Of a DNA stretch of 34,725 bases, positions 20,875 through 31,873 are shown piece after piece. Positions within the stretch are counted from its first letter, which is position 1. Every line of letters begins with the position of its first letter. Position numbers and translations under genes: made by a program. This stretch comes from Octopus bimaculoides (lineage: Eukaryota). The DNA lies in NCBI RefSeq assembly GCF_001194135.2, contig NC_068984.1:53187037-53221761 (forward strand), in the 5' to 3' direction. The notes under the pieces were generated by a model that did no database searches, was not told the origin of the DNA, and saw only the letters and a program-made list of their open reading frames with translations.

Positions 20875-22046
20875 TTATGCCCGCTTAAGCCTGTCTATTG
20901 AGACAATTTCCTTTTTACCATTAATGTCTATGGTGTATAGTTTGTCTGTGTGCAACAGGACACAATAGGGTCCCATGTATGGAGGTGTGAGAGGGGTTTT
21001 CACAGTGTTGTTTCGTACAAACACATTGGAAAATATTCACTCCAATGCTGCTAATCTGGGTAAGCAGGCAAAGCAGTTTTCATTTGACAGCGGAAGTGTT
21101 CGATCATACTGTTGGATTGTGGATGTTAACTGGTGGTTTGAATCCAACATGCACCTATGGTTTTCGTGAGCTCATGGAAGGGTTGCGATTGAAACTGTTT
21201 TCCATGGTCGGTAGTGATGGTGGTATGGACTCTGTACCATGATATCCATCCTGTGAGAAAAGCTTTGGCAACAGATTCTGCAGTGATATCTACTAAAGGA
21301 ATAGCTTCCAGCCAATGTGTGAAATGACCAATGCAGGTGAGCAGGTAGGTATATCCCTGGCTGACTGGCCAAGGTCCGACAAGGTCGATGTGTACATGGT
21401 TGAAATGCACATCTGGTGTGTTGAATGTACCAAGGGGTACACGGATGTGACTATGCACCTTTGACTTCTGACAGAAAAGACAGGAGCATGACCAAGCAGT
21501 GATGTCTCGTCTCATATTTAGCCAAAAGAATCTAGCCAAAATGAGTTTCATTGTAGTGGTGACGTCAGAGTGTGACAGGTTATACAATATGCTGAAGACT
21601 GTTTGTTTGTGGGTCTCTGGAACAAAAGGATGAGGAGAATTCGTGGAAGTACTGCACAAAATCTGTGCGTCAGCTGTGGGTACTGGGAAGTTGCATGTGG
21701 CAAAGGTGGGTGAGGATATGTTAACTGTCTCTAAGCAAGGTTGATCTTTAGCCTGGGGATGCAGGTTGATATCTGTGCATGATGACAGCAAATTCAGTGG
21801 TAGGTGTGATAAGGCATCTGCTGCAGTATTATCTACACCAGAGATATGGTGGATGTCAGCAGTAAATTGGGAGATTAAATCCAAGTGTCTGGTTTCCCAC
21901 GGAGAGTACTTGTCAGGCTTCAAGTGCAGGGCAAAGGTGAGTGGACGGTGGTCCGTAAAAATCGTGAATTGGCATTCCGTGAGTGTGTGCTGGAAATATT
22001 TGACTGCTAAATACATAGCTAACAGCTACCGTCCAAAAGTGCTGTA
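20875..22046 (-). pseudogene. Ty3/Gypsy pol remnant 2 (RNase H + integrase with GPY/F tail)
   Basis: YSTFGR*LLAMYLAVKYF, FTDHRPL, HISGVDNTAADALS; HHCC region (LYNLSH...CLFCQKSK); HIDLVGP, WLEAIPL, TTDHGKQF, *HPQSNSMIEHF; C-terminus VRNNTVKTPLTPPYMGPYCVL...IDINGKKEIVSIDRLKRA*. Confidence 0.93.
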
Positions 22047-22049
22047 GGT

Positions 22050-22260
22050 TTGGTCAGTCAGAGCTGACTTAGGGCTAAGCAACAATGACAACATCTATGT
22101 AAAGGCAATTACATGGTCACTCAACTTGCAAGAAATAATAGCCAAATTTCCTGCAAAACTCACCTGTCTTAAAAGGAGGACTCATTAGATGATGTAGTCC
22201 TAGATGCCTACAAAAGTACCAGATAGTCATGACTAAAATGCTTTTGATCATTGGTCTGGT
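22050..22260 (+). repeat. Repeat family D (tail of one copy plus body of a second)
   Basis: GAGCTGACTTAGGGCTAAGCAACAA, then GGTCACTCAACTTGCAAGAAATAATAGCCAAAT...GTCTTAAAAG. Confidence 0.6.
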
Positions 22261-22516
22261 AAAATTTGAAGTGGTACCATGTGGACATGAATTATATTCA
22301 AGAGTTTATACATATAAAATTAAGCTATATATGTACATAATCTTGGTAATTATTCTATACAGAGTAGATCTAATGCTTAGTTATCAAAAGTGATCTTAGA
22401 TATAGTTTAAGACAGCAGGGATTGGTTTAAAAGAAATTTAACTATTTCTTGCACGTTTAGTGCTCACATAATGGTTCCCATGGAAAAGTGCTTAAACTAG
22501 ATATAGTATCCACACA

Positions 22517-22723
22517 GGCCATATTCAGCCTAAATATTCTACAAGTTTAATGTAAAAAACTGGTCAGACCTTGCCTTTCATACCTATCCTGCAATGTCAT
22601 TCTAAAAATAAGCAATTACATCATAAAAATTTTGCATCTACAAGATAATGTATGATTAATTCAAAATGATGTGAATAAATAAGCATTACATTTGAGAGAG
22701 TAATCTGAATGTTAAAGGGTTAA
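22517..22723. mobile_element. Possible non-autonomous piggyBac-like MITE, one end only
   Basis: Ends AAAGGGTTAA (GGG + TTAA, the piggyBac end signature); the opposite TTAACCC end is not seen. The call rests partly on my recall of a similar cephalopod repeat. Confidence 0.35.
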
Positions 22724-22779
22724 GTTGTCACAAATCTTTCTGGGTGTGTAACAACTCTAGTTATGAGAAGTGTAGGTAT

Positions 22780-22970
22780 ACTCTTAGTAGTTCTTATTGG
22801 TCAACCTCGAACAAACAGATCTGTGATAAATCAGCATTTTAGCTATGATCATCCTCCATATTTTTAGGGGCATCAAAAGTAACAATATCCAACATTCTCT
22901 ACTCGTCTAAGATAGTTAGGTGTGATTGAGATTTGACTGCAATTTCTGACAAGTCAAGCAATTACATAAA
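22780..22970 (-). repeat. Repeat family D, degraded
   Basis: GAGATTTGACTGCAATTTCTGACAAGTCAAGC matches the reverse complement of the family D core. Confidence 0.45.
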
Positions 22971-23348
22971 GTTACAGTACCGAACTAAACAATATATTAG
23001 ATTGATGAAGTAATTGAGGAAGCCAGAATAAGCAATAGAAAAATTAAACTGTTTCCATGATCTCTGCTTATGAAATAGGATTAATAGAGAAACAAAAAGA
23101 ATTATTGTGCAAGCTACCTTGAAAATTCATTTTAGTGTTATCATCACCATAGCTGGCAATATCAATAGTCAGGTTAGGTAATAACATATTTGATGGCATA
23201 TAAAATGCACATTTTTCTAAAAATTGTCAAAAAAATATCACCCTGGCCCTACATGTGAGGTTGGACCTCCCATAAGCTAATTTTTCCCTGATGTTCACTA
23301 CAATAAGCTAATTTTAATCCAGACAGTCTATTCTACGTAGCTTGATTC

Positions 23349-23390
<42 letters not shown>

Positions 23391-23421
23391 TAATAATAAT
23401 AAATAATAATAATAATAATAT
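23349..23421. repeat. (ATA)n microsatellite
   Basis: Direct reading. Confidence 0.95.
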
Positions 23422-24359
23422 TTAATTATTATTACATGCACTGCACTTTTGTAATGTTTTGTAGTGTACTGATGGATTGCTTTAGATATTACATACTTTA
23501 ATGTACTAAAAACTTTTCCCCCTGAATATGCACTGCTGAAACAGGGGTTCATCTAAAATGTCTATGCATCTTTTTATGCAATCAAATGCAGTATGTGTAG
23601 TAATGTACATGGAAACAACATAGAATGAACTCTTGGAGCTCTGCAATGCAACATAGCTTCAGCAAACCACTCTCCCAATTGGTTACCTACCACAAAGGTT
23701 GTTGTTTATCCAAAGGACATCCCTAATTAAGCAGATCTAAGATAAAACACATTCTGTATTTTTGTATATCAGGGATGTTATCTACTGTATTCTTCTTTGT
23801 TTAATATAGTAGCACCTGATTTGAGTGAAATTTGTCTGATATTTTTGACTGTTTGAGTAACTCTGTAGATGCTTCCTGATAATTCAACCACACATTTGGT
23901 TATAAGAGCCATGTTGACGTTGTTCAACAAAGAAAAGGAGTGACACACTGTTATGAACAATAATTTGCTCGATGAGGAATGCACCCATCAACATAGGTTG
24001 AGAATGATGAAAATTGAGAAACAAAATAAAACTACAAGAAAGGTATGAAATGAAAATCAAAAATGATCTCTTTGTCCAGTGAAACTCCAAACAGTATAAG
24101 ATGATATCAATATAGAAAGGATACAGAGAATAGAGATAAATTGTATAAACAGCTGGGTATTCTAAAAGATGAACTTGTTGAAAGCTTTTGACCAGTTTTG
24201 TGAATGGAACAGAATCCAAGTAGTTAGCAACTAACATCAAGTAGGGCTAAGCTATAAAACTAAAACCTTAAAGAATTGAAAGTAAACATTGCAAGGAACA
24301 CTTTGACTGTGAAATCCACAAGTTTTTTTTATTCTCTCTCTGTTTAATTTCTCATATTC

Positions 24360-24395
24360 CTTTCTGTTTAAGAGCATAGGCTCGAAATGTAAAAG
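24360..24395 (+). ncRNA. Degenerate minimal type-I hammerhead-like motif (Penelope pLTR style)
   Basis: CTTT-CTGTTTA-A-GAGC ATAG GCTC-GAA-ATGT-A-AAAG: perfect 4-bp stem II, GAAA, GUA triplet, 4-bp stem I. The core differs from CUGANGA at 2 positions. Confidence 0.4.
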
Positions 24396-24660
24396 ACTTT
24401 CTCACTTTCCCAAGCATCAAACTAATACACCTGCTAGTTGTTCATACACCTGCCTTCGTCATTTGTTTTACTGTAAATTTCAACTTATATAAATATAGAG
24501 GGAGAGAGAGAGAGAGAGAGATATGAGGGGGTATTGAAAAGTTCCTGGCTTGAGGTAAAAGAAAATACAGGGGGATCAGTTAATTATGATTTTATTCAAT
24601 GTATTCTCACTTCAGATTCACATACTTACTGCTTAGAAAGTCTTTCAGTCTTTCTAAGCC

Positions 24661-24944
24661 NNNNNNNNNNNNNNNNNNNNNNNNNNNNNNNNNNNNNNNN
24701 NNNNNNNNNNNNNNNNNNNNNNNNNNNNNNNNNNNNNNNNNNNNNNNNNNNNNNNNNNNNNNNNNNNNNNNNNNNNNNNNNNNNNNNNNNNNNNNNNNNN
24801 NNNNNNNNNNNNNNNNNNNNNNNNNNNNNNNNNNNNNNNNNNNNNNNNNNNNNNNNNNNNNNNNNNNNNNNNNNNNNNNNNNNNNNNNNNNNNNNNNNNN
24901 NNNNNNNNNNNNNNNNNNNNNNNNNNNNNNNNNNNNNNNNNNNN

Positions 24945-24978
<34 letters not shown>
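24661..24978. other. Assembly gap (24661-24944) followed by (TG)n
   Basis: Direct reading. Confidence 1.
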
Positions 24979-24981
<3 letters not shown>

Positions 24982-26074
24982 CCTACTTAACATGGACATA
25001 CAATTTGGTACTAATACTGCTTCTATTGTTAATAACTAATTTTTACCCAGCCTGCCAGCTATCTTCGATGTCAGATACTAATTAGTTACTGTTTTTCTGT
25101 GTATTAGTAGCAACTGAGGGTAGCATGCGGTGATACTGGATACCTGTTGCTGATGACACACAAATACACAGAAACCACGTGATATAGCTGAACATTTTTC
25201 ACCTGCTACTGATACTTCTGTGCACTTTAGCACTATATAAGATGTTTTCTATCTAGGAATATATTTTTCTTCATCAAATATACTTAGAGTTATGTTTATA
25301 TAACATCATATATAAACTATACAAACGATATAATGCCATATATATATGCTTGTCCATCTTTTATCTCTTTATTACACATTGAGCCACCCATTTCTTATAG
25401 TGAACTCTTATCCCAAGGAATCATTTTACTTTAATTAGAAGGTTGGATTATAAAAATCTAGATAAGTCCAAGCAATAATCCAGTTCTTATCTAGTGTCTT
25501 CTCACCCAGTGTGTGTGTGTGTGTGTGTGTGCACGCACACAAAAACCTGTTTAATGTCTATAACATAACAATATAAACTTAATTAATCTTGCTGTAAAAT
25601 AATAATAAAACTGCTTACAGTCATAAATATCTAAGTCATGGAACAGCAAGTCCAAGACATGTTTTGAAGTTATTTTTCACAGCAAGACTAAATATATTTT
25701 ACACACATTTAATATGTTATAAACATTAAATATAAGTTAACATAGCTAGCTGTCTGGGTAAATGATGCATGACAGTCTGTTTTATTAGATGTGTCTGTGA
25801 ACATATACATTAGAAGTAAATAGGTCTCCATTCTACCTATTCATTAGTATGAAAGCAGCTGAGTATTCCACAGTCAGATGTAGCCTTAATTTTTTGGACA
25901 GACACAGTGTAAGGCATAGTGTATAAAAAGAATGGCCCTTTGAATTATAGGAACAGTTTTTTGTCAGCTCACTTTCAGTTTCAAGGCTTGGATTAAAGAT
26001 GCCAAGCAATAGGACTTCATGATAATGAAGCAAAGGCAATAGGACTTTATGATAATGAAACAAATTTCTTAACC

Positions 26075-26170
26075 ATTGCTGAATTGCTAAGTTACAGGGA
26101 TGTAATCACACCAACACCGGTTGTTAAGTAGTGGCAGGGAACAAACATTGAGACAAAAACAAACATGGAT

Positions 26171-26252
<82 letters not shown>

Positions 26253-26667
26253 GCAATGGGCTTCTTTCAGTTTCTTATTTCTTTACTGCCCATAAGGGGC
26301 TACACACAGAGGAGACAAACAAGGACAGACAAACGGGTTAAGTCGATTATATCGACCCCAGTGGGAAACTGGTACTTATTTAATCGACCCCAAAAGGATG
26401 AAAGGAAAAGTCGACCTCAGCGGAATTTGAACTCAGAACGTAGCGGCAGACGAAATACCACTAAGCATTTCGTCTGGCATGCTAACATTCCTGCCAGCTC
26501 GCCGCCTTGGCTTCTTTCAGTTTCTGCCTACCAAATCCACTCACAAGGCTTTGGTCAGCCTGAGGCTATTGTAAAAGACACTTACCCAAGGTGACACATA
26601 GTAAGACTCAACCTGGAACCATGTGGTTGGGAAGCAAGCTCCTTACCACACAGCCATGTCTGCACCT
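26075..26667 (-). mobile_element. SINE family A host copy with expanded internal (TA)n and a nested SINE
   Basis: A-family sequence on both sides of the 26276-26508 insert; head CTTACCACACAGCCATGTCTGCACCT. Confidence 0.85.
26276..26508 (-). mobile_element. SINE family C, full length, nested, 17-bp TSD
   Basis: Minus head AGGCGGCGAGCTGGCAGGAATG and B-box GAGTTCAAATTCC. The central GGTCGACTT..CCTTTCATCCTTT.GGGGTCGAT..AATAAGTACCAG resembles the Nin/Deu SINE domain (from recall). TSD GGCTTCTTTCAGTTTCT at 26259-26275 and 26509-26525. Confidence 0.9.
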
Positions 26668-26817
26668 AGTATTACTAATTTGTTATTGACATCATCATGT
26701 TTATTCTAGTAATCCTCTTTACTAAGCAAACATTATGGAGGTGGGATGCCAATGATTTGACCATGTAGCAGGTCATATTGGATTATGTGTTACCAGAAGC
26801 ACTTACAGCAACCTGAC

Positions 26818-26966
26818 ATATCATCATCACCATCATCATCATCATTTTTTTAATGTCTACTTTTTCATATTTGCATGAATCAGATGGAATCTACTGAGGC
26901 AGACTTTCTATGGCCAGATGTCTCCAACCAGATGTCTCCAACCCCCACCTCACTTGTTTCCAAGCA
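26818..26966 (-). repeat. Repeat family E variant
   Basis: (TCA)n tail, TTTAATGTCTAC..TTCAT..TTGCATG, GATTTTCTATGGCCAGATG-like segment. Confidence 0.5.
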
Positions 26967-27159
26967 TATGTATATATGTGTGTGTGTGTGTGTGTGTGAT
27001 ATGTTTTATATATACACATATATATGTGTGTGTACATATGTTATATATGTTGGTGGTGCTCCAGCAAGACCGCAGCCACTTGGCTGAAACCCATAAATAA
27101 ATAAATATATATATATATATATATTCATTGACTGTCCACGTTAGTGGTCAACGTCATAT

Positions 27160-27214
<55 letters not shown>

Positions 27215-27237
27215 CATACATACATACATACATACAT
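27160..27237. repeat. (TAGA)n-(TACA)n microsatellite
   Basis: Direct reading. Confidence 0.95.
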
Positions 27238-27239
27238 AT

Positions 27240-27343
27240 GATGGGTTTCTTTCAGTTTCTGTCTACCAAATCCACTCACAAAGCTTTGGTGTGCCTGAGG
27301 CTATAAGAGAAAGTACTTGCCCAAGGTGCTACACAGTGGGATG
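27240..27343 (-). mobile_element. SINE family A fragment
   Basis: GGGTTTCTTTCAGTTTCTGTCTACCAAATCCACTCACAAAGCTTTGG...CTTGCCCAAGGTG. Confidence 0.8.
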
Positions 27344-27575
27344 GGACCAGCTGAAGAGAAGTTGTATTGTTTTTCGTGAGACATGACTAGAGAGACCTCA
27401 TTACTCTACACTTACTCTGCTCATTTATCCAACCATTTTACAGTAGGTTCAATAAGTGAGTTGGGGCTTGTGTGCAGTGAATGTAAACATAAACATAGGG
27501 CAGACTCAGTAACCTAGAGTCTGTACATTTGCTCAGGTGACTGAGGAGAACTGGAGAGAGAGAGAGTGAGTGAAT

Positions 27576-27614
<39 letters not shown>

Positions 27615-27932
27615 TATGTCAGAAGGACCAGAATTGGTGGGAGAGGAAGGAACAGCAACAAGAGGAACACAAGCACCATAGAAATAAAACACACTTTGCT
27701 GTGAGAAAAAATAGTCCCATGAACTTTCTTCAACTTGCTCTTACCTTGGCTACAGTACTTTCTGAGCGCACCCCTCCCCAGCTAATTGTGTCACTTAGGT
27801 AAAAGAAGATATCAACTACTTCTAGTGAATCAGACAAGCATGTAAAAAGAGTCTAATTTCAGTGTACTTTAGTGTGTTTTGCTCTAGTGCCTCTGCTACA
27901 TATGACACATACCTTCTCTGTTAATGTACCTA

Positions 27933-28320
27933 TGGAGGCGCAATGGCCCAGTGGTTAGGGCAGCGGACTCACGGTCATAGGATCGCGGTTTCGATCCCCA
28001 GACCAGGCGTTGTGAGTGTTTATTGAGCGAAAACACCCAAAAGCTCCATGAGGCTCTGGCAGGGGATGGTGGCAAACCCTGCTGTACTCTTTCACCACAA
28101 CTTTCTCTCACTCTTTCTTCCTGTTTCTGTTGTACCTGTAATTCAAAGGGTCAGCCTTGTCACATTGTTTCACGCTGAATATCCCCGAGAACTACATTAA
28201 GGGTACACGTGTCTGTGGAGTGCTCAGCCACTTGCATGTTAATTTCACGAGCAGGCTGTTCCGTTGATCGGATCAACTGAAACCCTCGACATCGTAAGCG
28301 ACGGAGTGCCAACAACAACA
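27933..28320 (+). mobile_element. SINE family B, full length, 13-bp TSD
   Basis: A-box TGGCCCAGTGG (27944), B-box-like GGTTTCGATCC (27987), (CAA)n tail. TSD AATGTACCTATGG at 27923-27935 and 28320-28332. Confidence 0.95.
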
Positions 28321-28469
28321 ATGTACCTATGGTTCCACTACATAACTTTTAGTAGGTACAGAGTAGTTTATACCTCCTCCTTTTCTGCATATCAAGTATG
28401 AACATTTTCCTGGCAGTACCAGGATCCTGTCTTCTTTCCTACACAATAGTGTTTGCTATCTTTTGTCTT

Positions 28470-28752
28470 TTTATCTGTTTCAGTCATTAGACTGCAGCCA
28501 TGCTGGGGTGCCACCTTGAAAATCTTTTAGTTGAATGAATCAACCCCAGAACTTTTTTCTTTTAAGCCTGGTGCTTATCATAGTCTCTTTTTGCTGAACT
28601 GCCACTCTACAGGGACAAACAAACCAACAAATTGTCAAATGGTGGTGGGACACAAACATAGACACAAAGAAACACACACACATATCCAAACACACACACA
28701 TCTTTCAGTTTCGGACTATCAAATCCACTCACAAGGCTTTGGTCAGCCGAGG
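28470..28752 (-). mobile_element. SINE family A, 5'-truncated
   Basis: Tail TGTTTCAGTCATTAGACTGCAGCCATGCTG through CACTCACAAGGCTTTGGTCAGCC. Confidence 0.82.
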
Positions 28753-28764
28753 CCAAACATTTTT

Positions 28765-29122
28765 TACTGAATATATCGACCACAGTACTTACTTTTTTTT
28801 ACGCCAAGTAGTTATTCTATCAGTCTCTTTTGCTGAGCAGCTAAGTTATGAGGATGTAAACACATGAACACAGATTGTCAAGCAGTGGTGGGGGACAAAC
28901 ACAGACACAAAGACATGCACACACGCATATGTATGTATGTATGTATGTATGGATACACACATGCATGATGGGCTTCTTTCAGTTTCCATCTACCAAATCC
29001 ACTTCCAAGGTAATGGTCAGCTTGAGGCTATAGTAGAAGGGACTTGCCCAAGTTGCCATGCAATGTGACTTAACTTGGAACCATGTGGTTGGGATGCAAG
29101 CTTTTTATCACACAGTCATGCC
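28765..29122 (-). mobile_element. SINE family A, 3'-truncated, tandem with the preceding copy
   Basis: TCGACCACAGTACTTA...GGGCTTCTTTCAGTTTCCATCTACCAAATCCAC...CACACAGTCATGCC. Confidence 0.82.
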
Positions 29123-30066
29123 ATGCATAACATATCTCTGTACAGTTTGAAATTTATTGGTGACATATACAATAAAGTGCAATTGAGTCTTATGAGTACA
29201 ATAATTATTTATATAGAAATAAAGAATTTAACAAGTATACTATCTGGTTGTCTCTTGATGCAGCTATTACCATGCCATCACTAATTGCACACAACTATAA
29301 ATGTCAACAGCATAAATGTCAAAAGAAAAAAACAAGCTGCAAATATTGCTAAATCGATTTTTCTTACGGAATCTCATATATTGTCAGCATAGATACAATG
29401 CATTTTTGTTTTGTTTTTTTCATTTTAGTCTTTTAATTATTTATTTGGTATTACTTTCTTCATTTTTTTCCTAATATCACCAAAGTCACTATGGAGCTCA
29501 GTTTCATTTTACTTTCATCAAATTGCTAATAAAATGAAAAGAATGGGTTTTACTTTGAAATGGAACAGACTATGTCTGACATAACCATTAAATAATTAGT
29601 AACAAGTTGTTTCTTTTCTAGCCCTGGGTTAGTTCTGATCAATCAGACTAATGACTAAAGTTATTTAATCTTTTTTACCATTTTTGTCCCATCTTTTCTT
29701 TTCCAACATTGTTTATCGTCAGTTACATTATCCAATATGTTTAATTTTTATAAGACTGTATTGTGTTATTTGAGATACATTTGGTTATTTCAATGTTTTA
29801 TAATCAGTTGTGGAAGGGAAGCTGGAGAAGCTTCAGTGTAAAAGGTTGTTTCAAACTTTTGGAGACAATAAAGAACATTAGATCTTTGTTTAGTAAACCA
29901 AACTTGTTCTTAAGCTACTGATTAAAGTAGCTATCCAGCAAAAGTCACTAGGCAGACTTTTGACACCACAAACATTATTTTTGCAATTTTAATGGCTGCC
30001 TTTTTTCTTTGTTGGGGTCAATTGGACAGGTCACATATGTGAAAGCCACCACCCTAAGATCTAAAC

Positions 30067-30330
30067 CAGTGATGGGCAACCAGCAGCTCACGAGAGTTCC
30101 TGAATGGCATACTTAACATAAAATTGCCTTCACATTTTTTTTAGTATGGCCAACCTGAAGATGAACTATGTTTTATGCAGCTCCACTTCTCAATAAACTT
30201 ATCACATCCTTTCATGTTTTCTTCAATCTTGGAAATATTCTGTTAATTCATGATATTTTCTCATTCAGCTTCAATTGTCCATTTACATCACACAATTACA
30301 TCAACTCAATCATCTCAATTGTATACTGCC
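30067..30330 (-). mobile_element. Possible hAT (Charlie-like) DNA transposon end remnant
   Basis: CAGTGATGGGCAACC (30067-30081) resembles a hAT TIR; the minus strand gives weak hAT C-terminal-like fragments (EMIEL, FPRLKK..VISL). Partner TIR not found. Confidence 0.3.
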
Positions 30331-30779
30331 TAAACTACTCTATCAGTTCATATATACTCTAACATTACAAACCCACTGAATTATACCCAATATATTTATC
30401 TCCAGTCTTGTAAATGTTTCATTGGCATATAACATCAAAATTATTGCATGCTTTGTGTAGTCTATCTTTAGACTGACAGAGAAACCAACAGATGAACAAC
30501 ACTCTAAAATCCTTCCATCCTACGAGCATAGTGGTTCCTAAACGGTGTCCATGGTACATTAACGTACAGTGAAAATAATAAAATCTTATTTAAAAAATTT
30601 GAATACAAACTGACATTGTAGTTATGTACATACATGTGTGCGCATGTGTGTGTGTGTGTGTGTGCATGTGTGTGGTGTGTGCATGTGTGTGTGTGTGTGT
30701 GCATGCATGTGTACAGGCTTAATACAATATGAAACATGTCAACCAAACTAAACTCAGTCTCGTTTAAGTACAGAATGGA

Positions 30780-30945
30780 GAAGGCATGGCTGTGTGATTA
30801 ATAAGTTCATGTCCCAACTGCATCGTTTCAGGTTCATTCCCATAGTGTGGCACCTTGGGCAAGTGACTTTCCCTACATCCCTGGGCCAACCAAGCCTTGT
30901 AAGTGGATTTAGTAGATAGAAACTGAAAGGAGCTTGTTGTATGTA
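30780..30945 (+). mobile_element. SINE family A, 5' half
   Basis: GGCATGGCTGTGTG...GGCACCTTGGGCAAGTG...GTGGATTTAGTAGATAGAAACTGAAAG. Confidence 0.8.
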
Positions 30946-31477
30946 TATATTAGGTTGGTCAAAAATTTTGTTCGCTTTTTTCCTTTGCATATTTGTACTT
31001 GTTAGATACCTGGCACACTAATGTAGTTCAATGTGATCTTCCAATGGACATCACCCGGAAAATGGAGAACCAAAATTAATATTATCAACATGTCATGCTT
31101 TTTCATTTTGGAAAAGGCAAGAAAGTAGTAGAAACCTGCAAGATTTCAATATGTAAGTTCTGATCTAACCCTCAAAATCAAAAATTCTACCATCTCCTAT
31201 GTGGAAATTCTGCATTTTGTAAATATTCTGATTTCTATTTTGCTGTATAAATCCATAGATCTTTGTAACATTGTTTCATTATGCTAAAGCTTTGATTTTG
31301 CTCCACAGTTAAGATTTTTGAAGTATAACACTTAAATTTGTTTCACTCTGTTAAGGATTTTGATTATGTCATCAGTTTCATTCCATAGCTAAAGTTGTTA
31401 AAAGTATAATATTCAAACATACCATGACAAGCAGAATATTATAAATAACTAACAAGAGAATATTTAAAACATTCATA

Positions 31478-31645
31478 GATGTGGTTATGTGGTTAAGAAG
31501 CTTGCTTCCCAACCATGTGGTCTTGGGTTCAGTCATACAGCAGGGTACTTTGGGCAAATGTCTTCTACTACCCTTAGGTTGACCAAAACTTTATGAGTGA
31601 ATACTGGATTTGGTAGACAGAAACTGAAAAAAGCCCATTGTATAT
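31478..31645 (+). mobile_element. SINE family A, 5' half
   Basis: GTGGTTATGTGGTTAAGAAGCTTGCTTCCCAACCATGTGG...GGATTTGGTAGACAGAAACTGAAA. Confidence 0.8.
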
Positions 31646-31707
31646 ATATATTTCATTTTTGTATCTGGTTTGCAGGATTCTTTATGTGAATTTGTGTGTT
31701 AAAACAA

Positions 31708-31873
31708 ATTTTGTTGTCTAGGGAGAATCATTATGTCAATATAATTAACACACACACAGGTTCAATTCCATTCCTTTATCATTTGTTTTGACTAATAACT
31801 AAGGAATGGAATTGAACCAATGTATGTGTTAATTGTATCGGCATAATAAAACTCTCCCTAAACACAACAAAAT
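31708..31873. repeat. Fold-back inverted repeat, ~70-bp arms, 24-nt spacer (MITE-like)
   Basis: The inner 18 bp are perfect (GGTTCAATTCCATTCCTT / AAGGAATGGAATTGAACC); the arms stay alignable out to ATTTTGTTGT / ACAACAAAAT. Confidence 0.9.

Noticed and set aside
25150-25185. CTGATGA-N14-GAAAC followed by CACGTG (hammerhead-core-like), within a patchy inverted repeat 25059-25190
   Set aside because: No stem II (CACA...CACA cannot pair) and no stem I; one such core pair is expected by chance in 35 kb.
25833-26063. ORF with faint retroelement-like words (LCLSKKL, VEYS) and a 30-bp tandem duplication at 26006-26063
   Set aside because: Too degenerate to assign between Penelope, CR1 or chance; the duplication is a simple local event.
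27745-27793. Possible 49-nt minus-strand exon (CTAAG acceptor, AAG|GTAAGA donor)
   Set aside because: Not frame-symmetric, unrecognised peptide, and no partner exons identified.
27933-28010. tRNA-like sequence with A and B boxes
   Set aside because: A SINE head: no closed acceptor stem, it continues into the SINE body and it is bounded by a TSD. Not a tRNA gene.
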